NCBI GenBank assembly: GCA_035623825.1
Contig: DASPSR010000007.1
Span: 1 to 64,000 of the forward strand
Direction: 5' to 3'
Source: Nitrospirota bacterium
Lineage (GTDB): Bacteria; Nitrospirota; UBA9217
DNA: 64,000 nucleotides
Shown here: positions 60,656 through 64,000 of the stretch, in pieces
Layout of the letters: every line of letters begins with the position of its first letter
Numbering within the stretch: the stretch's first letter is position 1
The notes under the pieces: generated by a model
What the model saw: only the letters and a program-made list of their open reading frames with translations
What the model was told of the DNA's origin: nothing
Database searches by the model: none
Made by a program: the position numbers and the translations under genes

Positions 60656-62442
60656 CGTTTTCCTCCTGCATGCAAGAGCTTCTTACGGGCGTGGAGAGCA
60701 AAGACCAGCAGTCCCGCACTCACCAAGGTGAGGGCTTTTGCTAAGGCTGATGCCCGCGTCATGAACAGTGCGCCGCCGACTGCCGGCATGAGCGCCATCC
60801 GCACCGCGGGTTTGAGCCAGGGATGTGCGTTGATGAACTCCGCACCGCCCGGCCCGACCCGGTAATACCACCGGACAAAAGCCCTCCCTGGTGCGTTCGT
60901 CAGAAGGTACCGCTCACGGAACTCCCGCAGTGCCTGCACCTGAGATGCCGAGTAATGGCCGTATGCTGCGGTTGCTATGAAGCAGCCGTTGTTGACGAGA
61001 TCCGGGTTCGGTATGATGGTTTCGGGGAAATCTGTCTGGGAGTTCGAAAGGGGGCCTTCCACCGTACTCCCGATAGGAATCGATTGTTCCGCCGAGTAAT
61101 TGCTTTCATGGGAAACGCCAGGGGTACCGCCGCCCGCGCCTACTACCGTACTGTCAAATGCTGTTACCGAAAAAAAATAGGTGTTCTGAGCTAAAGCAGA
61201 GACAGTGATGAGATAATAGTGACCATTTATCAGCCCCCCGAGCGCGTATGAGGTCGTGTTGCCGACATGGATGGTGGTGGTTGTAGCCGAGCTAACAATA
61301 GATGTATCAGTGTAATGGAGAAGGTAATCCGTCGCTGCTGGAACTGCCGACCAACTGGCGAACAGTGTTCCGTTACCGATACCCAGTTTATTGAGAACAG
61401 GCGCTGAGACTGATTCGACAGCTTCAGATAGGCCGCTGATGACGGTGCTCGTCACCGAACTTGCCAGGGTCGCCTTACTATCATAGGGCGCACCCGACCT
61501 GTTCAGACTGTAATATACATTATATCCGCCTATGTTATAGGCATTGTTTGGCGACCAGTCTACCGATACCGAACCCGAACTAGGCGAGCTGAGCGCAACG
61601 CCAGAGATTATAAATGGTATGGTATCGGCACCCGCACCGCCGTAGGCCCCGATGTCGGTTCCGCTAAAACCGTTCCCAATGCAGGGTGAGCCTTGCTGTA
61701 GATGCAAATCCATTCCTGGCGGCGGACTGCTGGGGTTGACGAACTTAGGATTGGTGGCGGCAACAATCGAATTCGGAATGTTTGTATCGCCTGTCGGCAA
61801 GAATGTGTAACCATTATTCGGATTTGCATCGAAATCATTATACGTGATGTTAGTAGTCTGCGGAGAAGACAGCGCAGTGCTGTTTTGGGAAAAAATATTG
61901 CTCTGAATCAGGATACCCGTGGGGGGACTGCTTATGGCAGTTAGATTTTGAAAAAAAGTGTTATTTGAGATCGTACCAGATGAAGAAGCGCCTTGGAACT
62001 CAATTGCTGTTGCCTTCCCGCTCCCAAAGAAGACGTTGTTGGAAATATTCGCCGATGATACACCCGTGAGCTGTATGCCGACTGATGTGCTTACGATCGT
62101 AAGTTTTGAAATATTTACAGTCCCCAGACCATTTGCCGTGATAGCCGGACCGCTGGCACTCTGGAGAACCGTCCTGGCTGTCTCGGTGCCTGATATGGGC
62201 AGATTGTCAACAGTCAAAGAGACCGATTCGGTGTATGTGCCGGCTTCAATAACAATACTGGGACTGGTGGTATTACTGGCTGCGCTGACGGCAGCCGAAA
62301 TCGAAGCGAAACAATTTACATTAAGCGCCGAGCCGCACGATTTACTCACTGTCAATGTCGCCGCCTGCACGATGCGGGGCGAAGAGGTGATGAGCAAGAT
62401 CAATATGGAAAATGAAAGCACGATGGCATGTCTTGTGCGCAT
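60652..62442 (-). CDS. Secreted beta-helix/FN3 surface protein with CFI-box-CTERM domain
   Basis: Signal peptide; Ser/Thr/Asn-rich beta-helix and FN3-like segments; C-terminal CFIATAAYG...V..LREFR..YL.....GR.FV.WYY, then TM and basic tail. Confidence 0.8.
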   Translation of the reverse strand: MRTRHAIVLSFSILILLITSSPRIVQAATLTVSKSCGSALNVNCFASISAAVSAASNTTSPSIVIEAGTYTESVSLTVDNLPISGTETARTVLQSASGPAITANGLGTVNISKLTIVSTSVGIQLTGVSSANISNNVFFGSGKATAIEFQGASSSGTISNNTFFQNLTAISSPPTGILIQSNIFSQNSTALSSPQTTNITYNDFDANPNNGYTFLPTGDTNIPNSIVAATNPKFVNPSSPPPGMDLHLQQGSPCIGNGFSGTDIGAYGGAGADTIPFIISGVALSSPSSGSVSVDWSPNNAYNIGGYNVYYSLNRSGAPYDSKATLASSVTSTVISGLSEAVESVSAPVLNKLGIGNGTLFASWSAVPAATDYLLHYTDTSIVSSATTTTIHVGNTTSYALGGLINGHYYLITVSALAQNTYFFSVTAFDSTVVGAGGGTPGVSHESNYSAEQSIPIGSTVEGPLSNSQTDFPETIIPNPDLVNNGCFIATAAYGHYSASQVQALREFRERYLLTNAPGRAFVRWYYRVGPGGAEFINAHPWLKPAVRMALMPAVGGALFMTRASALAKALTLVSAGLLVFALHARKKLLHAGGKR

Positions 62443-63060
62443 GCTTTTTCCCTTCAATGAGTAAATTTTAAAGCCATACCAAAGAAGGTATAAATTCAAA
62501 CCGAGATTACCGTCTTCTGCAAAAGAGATGAGAACGCCCGCTTATTGTTAACGTGATTTCCTGCATAGGTGCCGGCTTCGATCAATGCGGAATGGCTTTG
62601 CCTGCATTCGCCAGGTCCGCGACCAAGGCCACCGCGACGATGGCTGACTGAGTGGTGAATACTGAGCGAGAACAAAGAGCTTAATAGCTGCAGCGACGGC
62701 GGTCGAACGAGCTATGAGCGCAAACAGAATGCGCGTTACAACAGAACATGTAAGAAATTGTTCGCCTCACTTCACCGGTCCTCATGAGAAAGCTCAATAA
62801 CCATAGCATAATAAGAGTGGGAAAGTCAAACCCATATGAGGAGGAGGCAGCGTTGTCGCCGTGCCCGGAAGGCAAGAATGTCACGTTTTTTATTGTAGCC
62901 CGCTGTGATTTACGGTATCATTGGCATTGCGCAGAATTTAACGCTGGGAACAGCTGCTTTCATTTCGCCTTGCACTGCAGCAAATTATAATGCTAAGGTC
63001 AGAGACATGATTGACAACCCGTCTTCACGCCGCCGTCTTGCGCTTCGGGGGACGAACGCC

Positions 63061-64000
63061 ATGATTAGACACATTCGTTTGAGTTGTTTCGTCTTAGCGC
63101 TTCTCACGATATTGGCTTCAACGGCATTTGCCTACCAGCAGATCGAGTTCATCAGAGAAATCGGCGGTTCCGAAAAAAAAACCAAAGAACGCCTGTTGAG
63201 CTCACCCAGGGCGCTGGCACTGTCCGGGGAAAAGATCTATATTGCTGACACCGATGCGCACAGGGTCGCGGTACTTGATATGAGCGGCAAGATGGTTTTC
63301 TCGTGGGGCGAGAAGGGTGATAAGTCCGGCCAGTTCAAGTCGCCTGCAGGCATCGCTGTTGATGAGCAGGGCAGGGTTTATGTCGCAGATACGGGCAACG
63401 GACGCATCCAGGTGTTCGATGCAGCGGGAAAGTGGCTCAGGAGCATCGGCGGCAAGGGCAGCGGGCCCCGCGAATTCAGCAATCCTTCGGGGATCACGGT
63501 CCGAAGAGGGCTACTCTATGTTGCCGATGCAGGAAACAGCCGAGTTCAGGTGCTCACCTACGACGGTATCTTCACCGGACAGTTTACGGTGAAGACCAAG
63601 AAGGATGAAATGAGGGCGCCTGTAGCGGTGGCGGTGGATGTTCGGAACAAGGTTTACGTGCTTGATGCCGACGGCAATACGGTCCGTGTATTCGACGCCG
63701 CAGGGGTACAGATAGAAAAATTCGGCTCCCGGGGCAAGGGATCCGGAGGATTTAATAAACCGCAAGGTCTTGCCGTTGACAATCGCGGGAACGTCTATGT
63801 GTCGGACATGGGAAACTTTAAACTCAAGAAGTTCGATGGCGAGGGAACGCTGCTCGGATCCCTTGGTTCCGAGGGCGACGGACCGGGTCAGTTCCGCGAG
63901 GCTGCCGGAATCGACATTGACCGTGATGGCGAAGTCTTCATGCTCGATGCTGGGAAAAACACGCTTCAGATATTCTCATCCGAGCCCGATGATGGCCGGC
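63061..64000 (+). CDS. Secreted NHL-repeat beta-propeller protein (3' truncated by window edge)
   Basis: Signal peptide, then repeated G..G...GQF..P.GIAVD..G..YVADTGN.RIQVF units; open to window end; alternative in-frame ATG at 63007. Confidence 0.85.
   Translation, partial: MIRHIRLSCFVLALLTILASTAFAYQQIEFIREIGGSEKKTKERLLSSPRALALSGEKIYIADTDAHRVAVLDMSGKMVFSWGEKGDKSGQFKSPAGIAVDEQGRVYVADTGNGRIQVFDAAGKWLRSIGGKGSGPREFSNPSGITVRRGLLYVADAGNSRVQVLTYDGIFTGQFTVKTKKDEMRAPVAVAVDVRNKVYVLDADGNTVRVFDAAGVQIEKFGSRGKGSGGFNKPQGLAVDNRGNVYVSDMGNFKLKKFDGEGTLLGSLGSEGDGPGQFREAAGIDIDRDGEVFMLDAGKNTLQIFSSEPDDGR

Overview
This is a bacterial chromosomal window. The gene content suggests an anaerobic Nitrospirota/Desulfobacterota-like organism, but lineage is inferred, not tested. 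Positions 1-35.5 kb are mostly housekeeping: a polyamine operon (speD-speE-decarboxylase), a CNT nucleoside transporter, an ABC1/UbiB kinase, a Re-citrate-synthase-like enzyme with a Cache domain, def-fmt-DUF116-rsmB-PASTA-rpe, a large TPR protein, glnB-glnA, adk, and rho-rpmE-DUF1385-prfA-prmC-murA-hisDGCBHAF. Positions 35.8-59.8 kb form a ~24 kb sulfur-trafficking locus. It holds two YeeE/YedE transporters, two TusA, two DsrE/F/H-like trios (two tiny members were missed by the ORF track), an exported rhodanese, four paralogous universal stress proteins, two near-twin Cys-PAS sigma54 activators, a heme-c sensor kinase lacking its phospho-His, and a Rieske/b6/subunit IV module without cytochrome c. 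Interleaved with these are a GT2, a GT-C, two radical SAM enzymes, a FAD oxidoreductase and a membrane-anchored GGYG-repeat protein. This locus is the best candidate for an undescribed system. The window ends with a CFI-box-CTERM surface protein plus a beta-barrel and a partial NHL-repeat gene. No rRNA, tRNA, CRISPR or transposase was seen. All product calls come from motif recognition by eye; no database searches were run.
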